From: the human T2T-CHM13v2.0 reference genome, Homo sapiens
Reading direction: 5' to 3' (one strand)
NCBI RefSeq assembly: GCF_009914755.1
Contig: NC_060940.1
Length of the DNA: 64,000 nucleotides
This document shows, in pieces, positions 13,751 through 26,486 of the stretch (position 1 is the stretch's first letter; each line of letters opens with the position of its first letter). The notes below the pieces were generated by a model, which ran no database searches, had not been told where the DNA came from, and saw nothing but the letters and a program-made list of their open reading frames with translations. The position numbers and the translations under genes are program-made.

Positions 13751-15019
13751 ATCTTACTTAAAATTTTGAGAGTAAAGAGGATATTGTCACAGTTGAATTA
13801 GCATTCACATAGGAAAGCAGCATATTCTAACCCTTTGAAGATTGGAAGAGTAGTTGCAAAGCTAAAATCGTGATCCTAAAGCTTATCCACAGAACGTTCC
13901 TTTGAGCAATACTGTGCACGAGTTGAATGCTGACAATAGCTGGCATCTGAGGAGAGTCCTGTATGGTAATCTGGATGATGCTAACGGTATTCATAATGCT
14001 TTGCAAAGGCTCTAAAAACCTTCATTGAATCTCTGGGAAAATAATCTCTCTAAGTACAGAAGGATAAGCCCCTGAGATATTTCACATTTTAAGAAATAGA
14101 CATTCCCACAACTCAATAAGTAGATCCTGCTGTTCAACTTACTCTTCTATAACAAAAAAAGATAATATTCAATCTTTTTTTCTCTCCTTGTGAAAAGTGA
14201 AATCTAAGCCAATGTTTCAAGTAGAGTTATAGCATTTTCCTTTTATAATAAGTCATTGAAGATTGAAAACAATTTATCTAGGCATTTAATAGCTCATTAA
14301 TTTTTAGTAATCAGATGCAATGGGAGTTCATGTATTAGGAAAAAATAGTAATTTTATTGTATTTTAGAATTTGAAATGAAAAATATAGAAATCTAAGAAG
14401 ATGTGAAACTGGTTTCAAAAGAATCCCAAGAGATGTCACATGTGGATTTTCTGCTAATTACTCTGCATTCTTACTTTTAAATACCCATTTGCCAAAACCT
14501 CAATATCCACAGCAGTCTAGGGAATGGGAATGATGCCTAAATACTTGTGTTGCTTTTGTTACCATGGTCTCACAGTTGAATATTGTTCAGGATTTAAAAA
14601 TTATTAGTATTCCCTCTTATAGTATCTCCAATTAAATTCTCCTGTTCACTACAGCCATGGTGTTTTTCCTCAATTATTACTCTTGTCCTTCATCAGCCCT
14701 CATTTTAAAGATAAAGAAGTTTAAGAAAAAAAAAAAACATGTGTTTTGGCTTACAAGTGTTTTGTTGGAAATGCTTGTTCTGTCCAAGAAGCCATGGAGC
14801 ACTTGCAATTATCTTGCTTGATTTACAGAATAGCAATTGCCCCTCCGTGTGCAGGCTGGAATCAGCAGTTTGCCAGTGACATTTTAAAGTGAAGGTTTAA
14901 GTGATTCGTTTTAACATTCCCAACCAATAACTAGTTCTACACAAAACGATTCCATCTATAAGGACAAAAAGTAGTTACAGCAACAGAGAACCTAAATAAA
15001 ATACACTAAAATATATGGG

Positions 15020-15205
15020 TAAATGGTATGATAACTGGGACTTGCTTCAAAGAAATACAAGTGGAGGAAATCAGTGAGAAAATAAATGAATTAAGCTTGG
15101 ACATGAGTTTAGAATTTTTAATATTTGAAATAAGGGTATGTGAAGTTCAATAAAGCACTTTTTCTACTTTTATATTTTCAATATTTTTCACAGTAAAAGT
15201 TAAAA
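15020..15205 (+). mobile_element. Old L1ME/MC 3' fragment
   Basis: atgataactgggacttgcttcaaa...tttttctacttttatattttcaatatttttcacagtaaaag. Confidence 0.45.
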
Positions 15206-15858
15206 GAAAACCTAGATAGATAACCTCCAATAACATATTTGTTTTTTACTGCTTTGCAGAGTTGGGCAAAATTTTCAACCTCCTTGAGTATTACCTTAAC
15301 TGAAAAATAAAATGATAGGATACCCCCCATAGGACTATTAGAAATATTAAAAATAGTTCTGCATATATAAACAATAAGCAATATAACATGGTACAAAACC
15401 TAAAGTCAGTAAATGTTACCCATGATTTAATTAACAGACCTTTAGAAGGAGGCATTTATACTTGTAAATAAGAATACGATGACATAATGTGTGTAGATTC
15501 CCTAATACAGTGCCATACTTGTAGAAGTCATTGAAGCATACATTTTAATTTCTGTATCTTTGGCTTGCTCTAACCAGTCACAATTAAGGATTGTCTGACA
15601 AGCCTGTTGAAAGAGGTAGGTCCTTTACAACAAATACTATTTGAGTTCTTTAAAAGTATTAAAGGACATTTGGGTATCATTAAGTCTTTTTCTGGAGGGG
15701 CTGACCCTAGATGCTATTTATTTCATCATGCATTGTATTCACTAATATCTTTGGATGGTTCATGGTCACAAATTTCTCACTGCCCTCCCATTAAGAGTCT
15801 TATAGATGGAAATATTCTGAAATCCATTTGAGCTTCTTGTTGCTCAATGGCAATTTCT

Positions 15859-16060
15859 CTATGAAAGGCATTATTTCAATCACCTTCATCTCCCTAAGAG
15901 GAAGGGCAGGGCCCATGTTTGGTATTTCTAGAAAGGCCAGTTGAAGACAGAACAAAGATTCTATGAAAGGCATTATTTCAGTCACCTTCATCACCCTAGA
16001 AGGAAGAGCAGGGCCCATGTTTGGTAATTCTAGAAAAGCCAGTTGAAGACAGAACACAGA
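15859..16060. repeat. Tandem duplication, 2 x 102 bp, about 92% identical
   Basis: Units start ctatgaaaggcattatttca at 15859 and 15961; 8 differences over about 100 aligned bases. Confidence 0.95.
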
Positions 16061-16639
16061 CATTTTTGAGGATACCTTCCCTCCAATATTTGCTCGCCAT
16101 TGCACCCTTCGTGCTCCTCAGAGATTGGTTCTGTCATTGTGGTATTGTGTCTTGATAATTCCCTTTTCCCCTTACTCTCTTACAAATATATGGGATTTTG
16201 TAGCTATCATATGTGTGATGGTTCTGTGAGACTAGCAATAATACCTTCTTCAAAACTTTGTGATTAATTGTATGTTCTTATCTTTCTGAGGCTAGAAGAC
16301 TAGGTTAAGAAAGAGAATCAAAACCTCTAGAAAAATAAGTATTGTAATACGATGCTAAAGTGAGTGTAAATTACTATGTTGCTAAATCCTGTGTTATTCA
16401 CTCTCATTCATTCATTCACCAGGTATTACTTGAGAAGAAGAACCCTGAGAGTTTTTTATTGGCTAGGCAATAAAAAAGATATAGCAAGAAAAAATCCAGA
16501 TAGAGCTTAATATCTGATGGAAGACACAGTTAAACAACAACATTATAACAACAGCATTAATCAAACACATATTTCATTAATTATAATTGTTGCATATGCT
16601 ATGTAAAAATTTCACGCTACATTTTGGGTCTATATCAAG

Positions 16640-17178
16640 GGGCCCTAACACCAACTAGACACATAACACATTACTAGGACTGTGCCCATTGTTGACTGCT
16701 TGCATTCAGAATCATTTTTTGGCCGTCCAGTGCTCTGCGCTGTACTGCAGGAGGTGCTGACCTGACAGTTCCTTTGTAGTCCAGAGCTTGGCTGGGTTAA
16801 GCTAATGGGAAGCAGTGGAATTCTTAGAGGGCAAGACTCCAAGTTATTCATCTCCCTTATTTTCCACTTTATGTGGCATTTCTGGCAGCAGCTGAACATC
16901 ATTAATGGATTCAACTCCCCTTCCTTTAATTTGGCCTCTTTTGATTTTAACTTTTCTGGTTAACTCCAGACTCTTGGCTCCAGTAATTCTACTCCTTCTC
17001 TCTCTCTGCATAGGAGTGGAGTAGCTTCCTATTACTGTCAATATTTAAGTTACCCGCCTATTTCCTGTTTGGTTTTTAGCATCTTCCATCATCTTTGTCA
17101 CCATTGTTTTGTATTAAATTTCTTGTTTTGAACATTCAACATGGTTTCTGTTTCCTTGGTACATCTTTGGTCAATACA
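16640..17178. mobile_element. Ancient ERVL-type LTR remnant
   Basis: Ends in ...ggtttctgtttccttggtacatctttggtcaataca, resembling old ERVL LTR 3' termini. Confidence 0.35.
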
Positions 17179-17629
17179 ATTAGAATTGAGAATAGAGAGA
17201 AGTTGGGAGAAAAGGCATTGTTTTCTCTAAAGGGTCCTGTCTGAAAAAAAAAAAAAAAACCTACAGATTTCATCTTTGTTGGTTTGGATAACAAAATGAC
17301 AAGGTGTAAGAGATTGTCCAGTGTGATATCATTGAAGGTAAAAATGGCAAATTAAAGCAAGTTTGGGGATTAAGGGGAAGGGTAGAGAAACACAAGCTCA
17401 TTGAAGATCTGATTTTAAAGGAGACATTTGAGCAGATTTGAGGCATATGAATGAATCAACCATTCAGATATCTGGAAGAGGGAAGGGAAAAAGAGAGTGC
17501 TGAGAGAGGAAACAGCACTTTCAATGGCCCTGAGATGGTGATGACTATGATTAGTTCAACATGGAGAAGAGATAAAGAAGAAGCTTTTTGTTAAGTTTTG
17601 TATAGTTTCTATAAGAACTTTTAGAACAC

Positions 17630-17760
17630 TGAAAGTTCAGTTTCCCTGTATATAAAATAGAGATAATAATCAGTTATTTTACATAAGAGTGAGGATGAGA
17701 AGACATAGGGTATGCAAAGTGCTTAACATAGACCAGGCACAGCATAGCAAGGTCAATTTA
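17630..17760 (+). mobile_element. MIR
   Basis: ttcagtttccctgtatataaaatagagataataat...atgcaaagtgcttaacatag. Confidence 0.6.
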
Positions 17761-19394
17761 TTATTATTATCATTATTTTTATTACTATTGCCTTCTTTGT
17801 GTTTTCCATCACTACTACCCTTTCCTGCAGAGACAATGAGCTTGACTTGCTTCACCCATACTTTTCTTAGAAGATGATTGTCAGGTTTTAGGGCAGAATC
17901 AGTGGCTCTAAATCAAAGCACAACTTGCCCTCCCACTTGAAAATGAATCTAAATTAATTGCTACTGTGTTCATTGGAATTGGATGGTAAATTTATTTATG
18001 GGCGGGAGTCTTTGTCTTAAATAACTTAATTAGAATCTAGCACTGAGGCTGTATTCAGGCTTTGGTGTTTACAGAATGAAAGATGAATATTCTGGTCCAC
18101 ATTGGTTATCTAATTTAAGAAATTTAGATAAATGTGGAGTTGCCAGTTTTTGCTTATACGTAACTGAAGCAGAAAGTCTTATTCATGTTGAGATATTTCT
18201 ATGTCAGTGAATCTGATTTCTCAAAACCAAAGTAAAGCCACACAAACATAATCTGAATGTTTAGAAAAATTATTCAAATAATGATCAATATTCGTCCAGG
18301 AATACCTCCAATCTTCTTACTCTATTTTCATAGCAGCATGATTTTTTTGCCTGAATTATTGATTTTTCAAATTTCGTAGTCACCTACGCTATACAGGGCA
18401 CTGTTCCCAGAATTGATTGCCACAACTATCCATTTAGTTTTGCCTGTGAAAATAAAACCAAAGAGAAATTGAAAATCCACTTTCTCATTCCAAAGTTCTT
18501 ATTTTAAAAATCAGCAGTTGGTTTGTGTTCAAGTGGTACTTTTTAAGTGCCCCTCATCTGGTTCTTTTAATTCCTGTGCACTCTCTTTAATATGTTCAGA
18601 TCACTAGATATTCCTGCTGTGTAACCTTCCACCTACCTACCCCGGGTCTGTCGCTGTCTTCTACAGGCTTTTAAGTTCTCTGCAGAAAGATCAAATCATT
18701 AATGGTATTAAAGATGTTGCAGTGAAATTGTTATCTATGTTGGAAATGCTACTTGGGTAAAGAAAAAGAGATATTTTTAATTGGAAGTCTTGCAGCTAGA
18801 AACCCTGACAGAGCTGGGTTTTGTGTTTCTTTATATTTATTTGAGTGAATGCATTTTAGGTTAGCAGTATGTGTTTGGAAATTAGAAGGACATTTCTGCA
18901 TCTTGTATGTGTCCTTTTGAGGTTTGAAAGCAGAAGCTGTGCTTAAAAAGTAGCTTTTGAAACAACAGAAAAATAAATAGTTCATTACAGCAACTAGATA
19001 TTTTTTAAGAAAGCAGCAACCATAGGGTTTAAAAAGGGTTCTATAGACCAATTCTCCAAATTCTTAATCATACAACTGTATGCAAATTATATAATATCCT
19101 TTACTACGGTACTGTAAACTTTAAAATTATGTTGATACTTTCCTTAAAGGTTGTGATGGATTAAATGAACCATTGAACAGTATGCCTGGATTATAATACA
19201 TTAATTATAGTCTCATTTGTCTTCCTTTTTTCCTGTAATACCACAATAAAAAGGGAAGAAACACAACTGTAAAAGAAAGTGGCAATGTTCAGTCCTGATC
19301 CCACTTCTAAGCCAAAAAAAAATCGGTCACAAAGTTCATAAAGTACATAAGAGTCAATTCTTTACTTAATATGTACTGTACACATACAGATTTT

Positions 19395-19530
19395 ATCCAG
19401 TAATCTTAACTTTAGATGAGGACATAATAATCACATACCCGTTTTGTAGACCAGGACACTGAGGCTCAGATAGTCTAACTACTTTTCTAAAAGCCATTCT
19501 GTTCTTTAGCAGCACTCTGGGCACCTAGGT
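19395..19530 (-). mobile_element. MIR
   Basis: cccgttttgtagaccaggacactgaggctcaga core. Confidence 0.5.
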
Positions 19531-19729
19531 TTCCTGATGCCACAGCCTAGTGTCTTCAATTTAATGGATATTATAAAGGTCTTGATGCCTGTCATGAAGA
19601 GGATGCTATCAATTTAAATATACTACAAGATGATACTAACAACGCCTTCAGCCCTCACACAAACCTTCCTGCCAGAAGTAATTATCCTAATCTGCTATAA
19701 GAAACACCTATTAACACAATATTTTTAAT

Positions 19730-19870
19730 TGTGCTTTCTGGAGTCAGACTTTTCGGGTTTAAATCTGGTTTTCCATCTATCCACTAAGTGCCCTGGGCAA
19801 GTTGCTTAATCCTTATGTGCTTCAGTTTTATCTTGAAAATGAAGAAAATAACAGATTTAACCTACGTAAT
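19730..19870 (+). mobile_element. MIR
   Basis: ctggagtcagac...ctgggcaagttgcttaatccttatgtgcttcagtttt. Confidence 0.6.
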
Positions 19871-21274
19871 TTCTAGCTATTTTGATTGCATAGCATCTGT
19901 AAGCTAAGAATTGTAGTGAGTCTTTTCTAAGCTTTATCTCATTTATATATTATTGCATTCATTTTTATCATCACGATTTCAATCAGTTCCCACCTCTTAA
20001 AGGTGAGGAAAGTCATCAGCATCCGTTGGCAAATCAGAATACTAAAAGTGAAAGCAGTGAAATAACTCATCTCGTAACCTGACCTAAAAGGACTCTGATT
20101 TATTTCTCTCTGCATCCAGAATTTATGTTCTAAACAACTTTGAAGTCTTTCTTCCCAGTAGTAACTTTTCCAATATGCTGTACTTTTAGAGGGAGAAGGA
20201 AGGGGAAACCCACACGTTTGTGTTCTCTCTAATTCCTTTCATTGTGTCACCTGCCAGTGTTAGCTCTACCCTTCCATACCCACCTCCCTGCCTGAGCAGC
20301 TAATTTACATTCTGTTATTTCAACTCTGACACAAACCAAATATGTAACCATATGGGCACATAGCCCTTGGAAACTTTAATGAAGGACACCGGCTTTCTTT
20401 ACCTATAGATATAAGGACTTAAGATATGTACGGTGGCAATTGTTTCCATATGCTAACCTCCCCCAGGGCCCAGACTTGCCTGCAAAGCAATTTGTTTTCA
20501 ATTAAGTTAGAGGAGGAGTTTTGCCCTTTTTATGAGTGCTTCCTTTTTCGTGTAGTGTGGGGTGTTGAGTATTTGGAAGAAATGAAATGTACTTACTGTC
20601 TACAATAATCCCAAATGCAGCAGTCTGAGCTCTGAAGGTGTTAGTATCCTCATGTGGTTTGAGTTTCTGCAGAATTACCCCACTGAGATGGATCATATCC
20701 CAGTGGGGATATGAAGATTCAAAGAGCTTAAATTCCCTGCCATTCTATCCTCAGGCAAGGGATGTCGTCTACTGAGAGACCTCAGGTAGATGGACAAGGG
20801 AAACACACCCTATTTATAAAGTGATTTCCCTCTTTCTGCCTTTAGCATATAGGTCAACTACAACATCAGTTCTAGTGGTCTTTATGATCTTCAAAGCGAT
20901 GTTTTCAATGGAATAAAAAATCTCGAAGTCATTGTATGCCTAAACATTTTTCAACCAAAGCACTGTGAGAAGGTTTGGGAGGTTTGCTCAGTGAAAGGAT
21001 TACCTTTACAGAGCTTATGTTTACTTTTAAATCCAGGCATTAACCACCTATTTCACCACCAAGCAACACATTTCAAATATCTGTAATCCTTAACAGCCTA
21101 AAGTATAGAACCCAAAAGATTAGAAACATAAGGAAGAGCAGGAAATGAGAACTTCATTAAAACATAGACTTCCAGCTTGTTCCAAAATGAGCAAGTATGG
21201 TCCTTTATTTCATTTCACAGTTTAAGAAACTGTCCTTCTCTCTGTTACACAAAACAAGATTCTACAATGACATA

Positions 21275-21470
21275 CTAAGAGCTTTAGAATCAAAATGATT
21301 CCAGTTTGAATTTAGCTCTTCTGTCATCTTGGAAAAGATCTCTCGCAATCACTCAGGTATTTACACATGTAAGATGGAACAATAATACCTCTTTTGTAGG
21401 GTTGTCATAGGCTAAAATGAGATAAGATGCTTAAAGTACCTGGCCCATAAGAGGCACTCAATTAGTGTCA
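21275..21470 (+). mobile_element. MIR
   Basis: tgtaagatggaacaataatacctc...aaatgagataagatgcttaaagtacctggcccataagaggcactcaa. Confidence 0.6.
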
Positions 21471-22697
21471 GCCAAACTCTACCCCAAACCCAACTTTCTC
21501 TTCTAAGTTGCTCCAGCCACACCCAGGCACATACAGACTGTGAATACTACTTCTGCCACTTGATTACCCCTCCTTAGCTTTGTGACTTCAGGGCAATCAT
21601 TTAGCCTCAACCTCACCATGTCTTAAATTCTACAGCTTTAAAATGAGGATAACAATAATATGAGCTCAAAGATATTTGTTGGGAAACAAAAGGGTCAGGA
21701 AAAGTGAAACCATCGTTTTGTAAGCCAAGATGCAATACTTACTATGTGTTCATTATGATTGCAGAATCTTTATTTTTCTTCAGTGATGATAAGAATAGCC
21801 AGATATTTGGTACAAGAAAACATTTATTCAATCTTTCTGAAGATTTAAACATAAATCATAATAATACTATGAGGATGGTTTTACTAATACATTTTTTTTT
21901 CAGATAAAGACTTGAGTTTTAGAGAGTTCAACTACTTTGCTCAAGGTTACATCACTAATATATGTTATAGGTAGGATACAACAGTCTGACCATGTTCTAA
22001 AAGCCACTGATTTAGACTGTCTTTCCTTTTCCAATTTCACCTCAGTTAACCAGTTACACTGTGATTGTCTACGTCTACATTCATACCACAATTCCATAAA
22101 AGTTGACATACTTCAAAATGTGTAGGAGCAAGGAAGTGTGTTGAACATATGTTGAATAGTGAGTCCTAGGGGATTTATACTGGTATTTTGGCAATGCAAT
22201 ATTTATGTTTTAAAAATGATGAAGCTGCCTGGGTCAAGAGCATCTCTGAAGTAGCCTGCTGACTCTTGAGGGCATTGTTGAGAAGGAGGTCTAAAGATAG
22301 ATTCTAAAGGTTAATAATTCCTCTATTTCTTGGCTTGAATAGATGCATTATTGATCCTTGTTGCAATTCTGTCACTACTGGCTTTCTGAAACCGTAGAAT
22401 AACTGGGCAGAGTGGTGGCAAGTTATAAACCCTCTTGCTAAATGTGTTTTCTCACACATTGTTGATTCTATAATGGTCTTTTCCATCTATATAAGCTCTA
22501 CTATTTCACATGAGAAAAATGAGGTTTTAAGGAATATCATTTGTATCAATATGCATGATAAGATCTTCAGGGTTTGGTCAGAATTTGCAGAAGTGAGAGT
22601 TGTGAAATATTTGTACACTTTTGATAAGCACACATACCTTTATATTATAGTAGCTATTGATTAAACTTTTGAAATAAATCTCTCAGCTTTCTGGTCT

Positions 22698-22720
22698 TTG
22701 TTGTTGTTGTTGTTGTTGTT
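22698..22720. repeat. (TTG)n microsatellite
   Basis: About 7 perfect TTG units. Confidence 0.85.
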
Positions 22721-24729
22721 TATTTTCTTTTTCCTGTGCCAGGTAACACGTTTATTAGCAGAACCATATGTTGGCTCCAAGAGCATTATCCAATATAAGA
22801 AAATGCAGGGATATGATGAATATATTTATATAACTCATAATTGAAATCTTTGAAACATTTTTCCTAACAAGTATAGTTAATCATACGTGGGTGACTCCTC
22901 CCTCAAGGCTGATTGCAGTCTACAAAATCATTTTAAGAATTACCTCCATGTTGTTCTACTCATTTTTCAACCTCAGCTCTGCAATTACTCAAAATCTCCC
23001 TGAGTTTCTCTCCAGCCTCACTTTTAGATATTGATGCCAGGCTGCTCCTCACTTTATAGTCTACTAGTACCAACCAATTCTCCTTGTATATCTGGCTGTC
23101 TAGCCAAGCTGCTCCCATTATCTTCGAAAAGGCCTGTTTTCCCTTACCTAGATAAATCATGCACCTTTGTTTGCCGCACACACCTTGAGAAGTCAGTCCA
23201 GGTTAACTTCCTTCAGAAACTGATTATCAGAGTTCCTTCTCTGTGTTCTATTTACACGCTATTATTGTCCCTCTCATTGTCTTAATTATTGCTTTTCTAC
23301 TCTCAAGGCTTCTACTAAGGTAAAGGATCATACTCATTTTGGGTATGCCTAGGCCATTGCTGCACTGATTTTACCTATTTGCACTATCAAGCTCTGTGGT
23401 TTGCATACATGTGCATTATCTTTTTTTTTTTCCTCAGTTTGTTTTCTTGCATTAGAGTGCCACTAAATTTTTATTGCCTCCATCTCATTATCCCTATAAC
23501 ACCAGCTGAGAGGTCTCAATCTCCTAAAATTCTTCATTGTGCCTCTGTCACCCAATCTGCTTGAGATCCATTTGTCTGGGAACTTATTGTGCCCTTTGAG
23601 AACCTCGGACTTTAGACAAGCAAATCAATGATTTGGGGGTGGAGTACGATCTTTAGTAGGATTGTTGATGAAGAGGTGGATCATAACGTTAATCCACATC
23701 CCCCCTATTTGTCACAGTACCTCTTTCTCGTAAGCCACAGGAACACAGTTCACTCTTGTTAAATGTACCTGAACAGATGAATAAAAGGTTAAAAAAAAAA
23801 AGTATACAAGGCAGCTTTTGTAGTACTTGGCTCAAACACTGAAAATACACTGAACAGCAGTAATAATAATGCACGACTTTTATGTATTTAACCATTCCAT
23901 CAACATTTCCTGGCCACTGTGATCAACTTATTAGACATTGACAGCTGCTGAATTTTTTCCTATTTAGACATTAATAATGTGATATGCAGGGGAAATACAT
24001 CATTATCCACCTGAAAATTATTAATATGTGAGAAAGTCAGTGATTTTCTATGTTAAGGAAGCAGATGTAGCCTAAGGGTTGGGTACCCATATAATTTATC
24101 ATCCAAATACTTTGGGAATAAAAGTGCCATTATTACCAACCATAATGCTAGAACAACTGGCATGAACGGGGACACAACCAGGGAATTTGTGATGAAAGTT
24201 TATCTATCTAGAGAAAAAATACAATGTTTTTATGAGAGTCACTCTGCTGACATGAATTTCAATGCCCTAATGCAAACGTGATGACCAATTTTGTAAAGAT
24301 TCTCCCATCAGAGATTTTTACCTCTGTCTGTGGTTGCCTGTGAACCTGACCACTGGATACTTCTTTTAGTCACTCTTGCTACGCGTCATTATTGCAGTTT
24401 GACGCATTTCTTCCTGCAGATCTAGCTGTATAAAAATGTCTATTATATTGCTATTTTTTAAAATTTCCCTCTTCAGGGAGTATGAAAAGAGTATGCATAT
24501 ACTTTGCTGAGACTGCTGGAGCTTTTCTACACACATACACACCAAAAGCATGTGTGTTTATCTGTGTATGTGTGTATGTATGTGTTGAGATTTGTCCTGA
24601 TGTCACCAGCTAAAAGAGAGTTGTGGGTTTTTTTTTTTTCATTTGTTTGTTTTCATTGAAGGAGAATAGGTCTTATTTTCCTTGAGATTTCCCCTGTCAT
24701 AACAGGCTAAATAATATTAATGAAAGTCT

Positions 24730-25300
24730 GTAGAAGGCCCTCTCCCAAAACAAGAACAGTGGATTTCTATTACTTTGCAGAATGCTTTTATCTGTTTTTC
24801 TCTGGAGAAAACTAATCTTCGGTGAGTAGATGGGTTAAAGTCTAAAATATGTAAGATTGACTTTGGGAGGTCAGGAAGCTTTGAGCAAATGCTGGAAAAG
24901 CAGCAGGGAAACTATTAGCTTCTTAGTTAGTATAATGTAGTATAATGGTGACAAAACTGCCATAGCAAACTGGCAAAGTGGTCAACTGAGTCATAGAGTA
25001 GCAAAACAATTGGTAAAGTGCCTACGATAACATGACAAATTAATTTAAAAAACACACAAAATAAATTTGTGGATATTGGCAGGATATTTTCCAGACAAGA
25101 TGTTGAAAGTGTTAACTGACTTATTTTAATAACTCATAATAATGTGCAGAGACAGAGAGCTAAAACAAAACAATGGCAACAAAAATTACTAATTTTATCA
25201 TCATAATTTAATGGAATTTAAAAAATAGGGCTTACCGGGTTAAAAAATAAAAGTATTTCCTTCAGTTCTTGTCTTTCAATATGATAAGGGATTCTCAAAG
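24730..25300 (+). mobile_element. MaLR internal-sequence (MLT-int-like) remnant
   Basis: gactttgggagg...tcatagagtagcaaaacaattggtaaagtgcc...ttccagacaagatgttgaaagt resemble MLT internal sequence. Confidence 0.4.
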
Positions 25301-25317
25301 TATAAACTAGTTTGGGG

Positions 25318-25530
25318 AGAAGAGCAAACTATGACCCATGGAGCAAATCTAGTCTGCCTTTTGCTTTTGTACAGAGAAGGTTTTGTTGAAGCAGAACTAT
25401 GCTCCTTGGTTTACATATTGTTTATTGGATGCCTTCTCCCTAGAAAGACACATTTGAGTAAATGTGACAGAGAAGATATAGGACCCCAAAGCCTTTCCTG
25501 ACTCTGTATAAGAAAAGTTTGTGCACTCTT
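25318..25530 (+). mobile_element. MER58-type hAT-Charlie MITE
   Basis: agcaaactatgacccatggagcaaatctagtc...tttacatattgtttatt...aagaaaagtttgtgcactct. Confidence 0.6.
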
Positions 25531-25979
25531 AGCACAGGAAAAGATAAAATCAAAGGTGTAGGTGCCCTTTGCTAAGGGTAAACCATTTAAGATGGTACAT
25601 CTAAACAATTTAAGATGGCACCTCATAGAGGTATTGCATAGTGTACTCCCATAAAGGGATAGGAGACAGTAAAATCTTGTTGTTGTTATTATTATCATAT
25701 GAGTTATGCATAAAAAACACCTTTATTTCATGCCAGTGTGGGGCCCTGAGATCCCAGAGACAGACATAAAGAAGAGAAAGAGGTAAATGAGGTATGATGC
25801 AAGAAAGTAAAATTAAACCACCTTCATTTTATAAATGTTTCTAGGAGTTTTTCTGCTTGGGAGTTCTGATCTAGCTACATAATAACAGCAGCTACTATAT
25901 ATGGACCAACTTGTACATGTCAGGCCCTTTGCAGGCATTATCTCTAATTCTTCCAGTTGTAATACTAAGCAGTCAATAC

Positions 25980-26200
25980 ATGATAGCTATATTATGCAAC
26001 AGGCTCTGTGGTAAATGCTTTACCTCATTATCATATATAATCCTTAAAATCATTTTTATGATAGGCATTACTAACCCCACCTCACAAATGAAGCAACAGA
26101 GGCACTAGGACTTTAAATCATGGGCACGTACACACAGAATTAGAAAGTGGCAGAGTGAGGAATCCTATTTTGATCGATCATAATCTAAAATTGACTTTTG
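25980..26200 (-). mobile_element. MIR
   Basis: ctcacaaatgaagcaacagaggcac...agaaagtggcagagtgagga. Confidence 0.55.
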
Positions 26201-26486
26201 TTTGTTTGTTTTACTGGTGCCACACTGCATCTTGGCAAAGGGAAATCCTAGATATTGAGAGTTCTTTGGCAGATATTTATAAACACTAACAATGGATTTG
26301 TTTGTCTTGTCCTCAGAAGTGCTTTTCTAGAAGGAAAGTGGAAGGTTGGGGAAGGTGTCATACTCTGTAGTGAGTTCTATTATGAGCAATATTACCACTC
26401 CAGTATCTTTCCCTAGCATGATTTATAATTTTAGATGAATTTATACTTGGAGCATTTTACATCATCAGTTTTCAAACTGTCTTGGA

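Noticed and set aside
15800-16105. 101-aa ORF with an internal 34-aa repeat
   Set aside because: Explained by the 102-bp DNA duplication; no homology recognised and the start is non-ATG.
23580-23801. Plus-strand AATAAA followed by A11, suggesting a processed pseudogene tail
   Set aside because: No TSD or parent gene recognised, and the signal-to-tail spacing is very short; better read as a minus-strand polypyrimidine tract, though not excluded.
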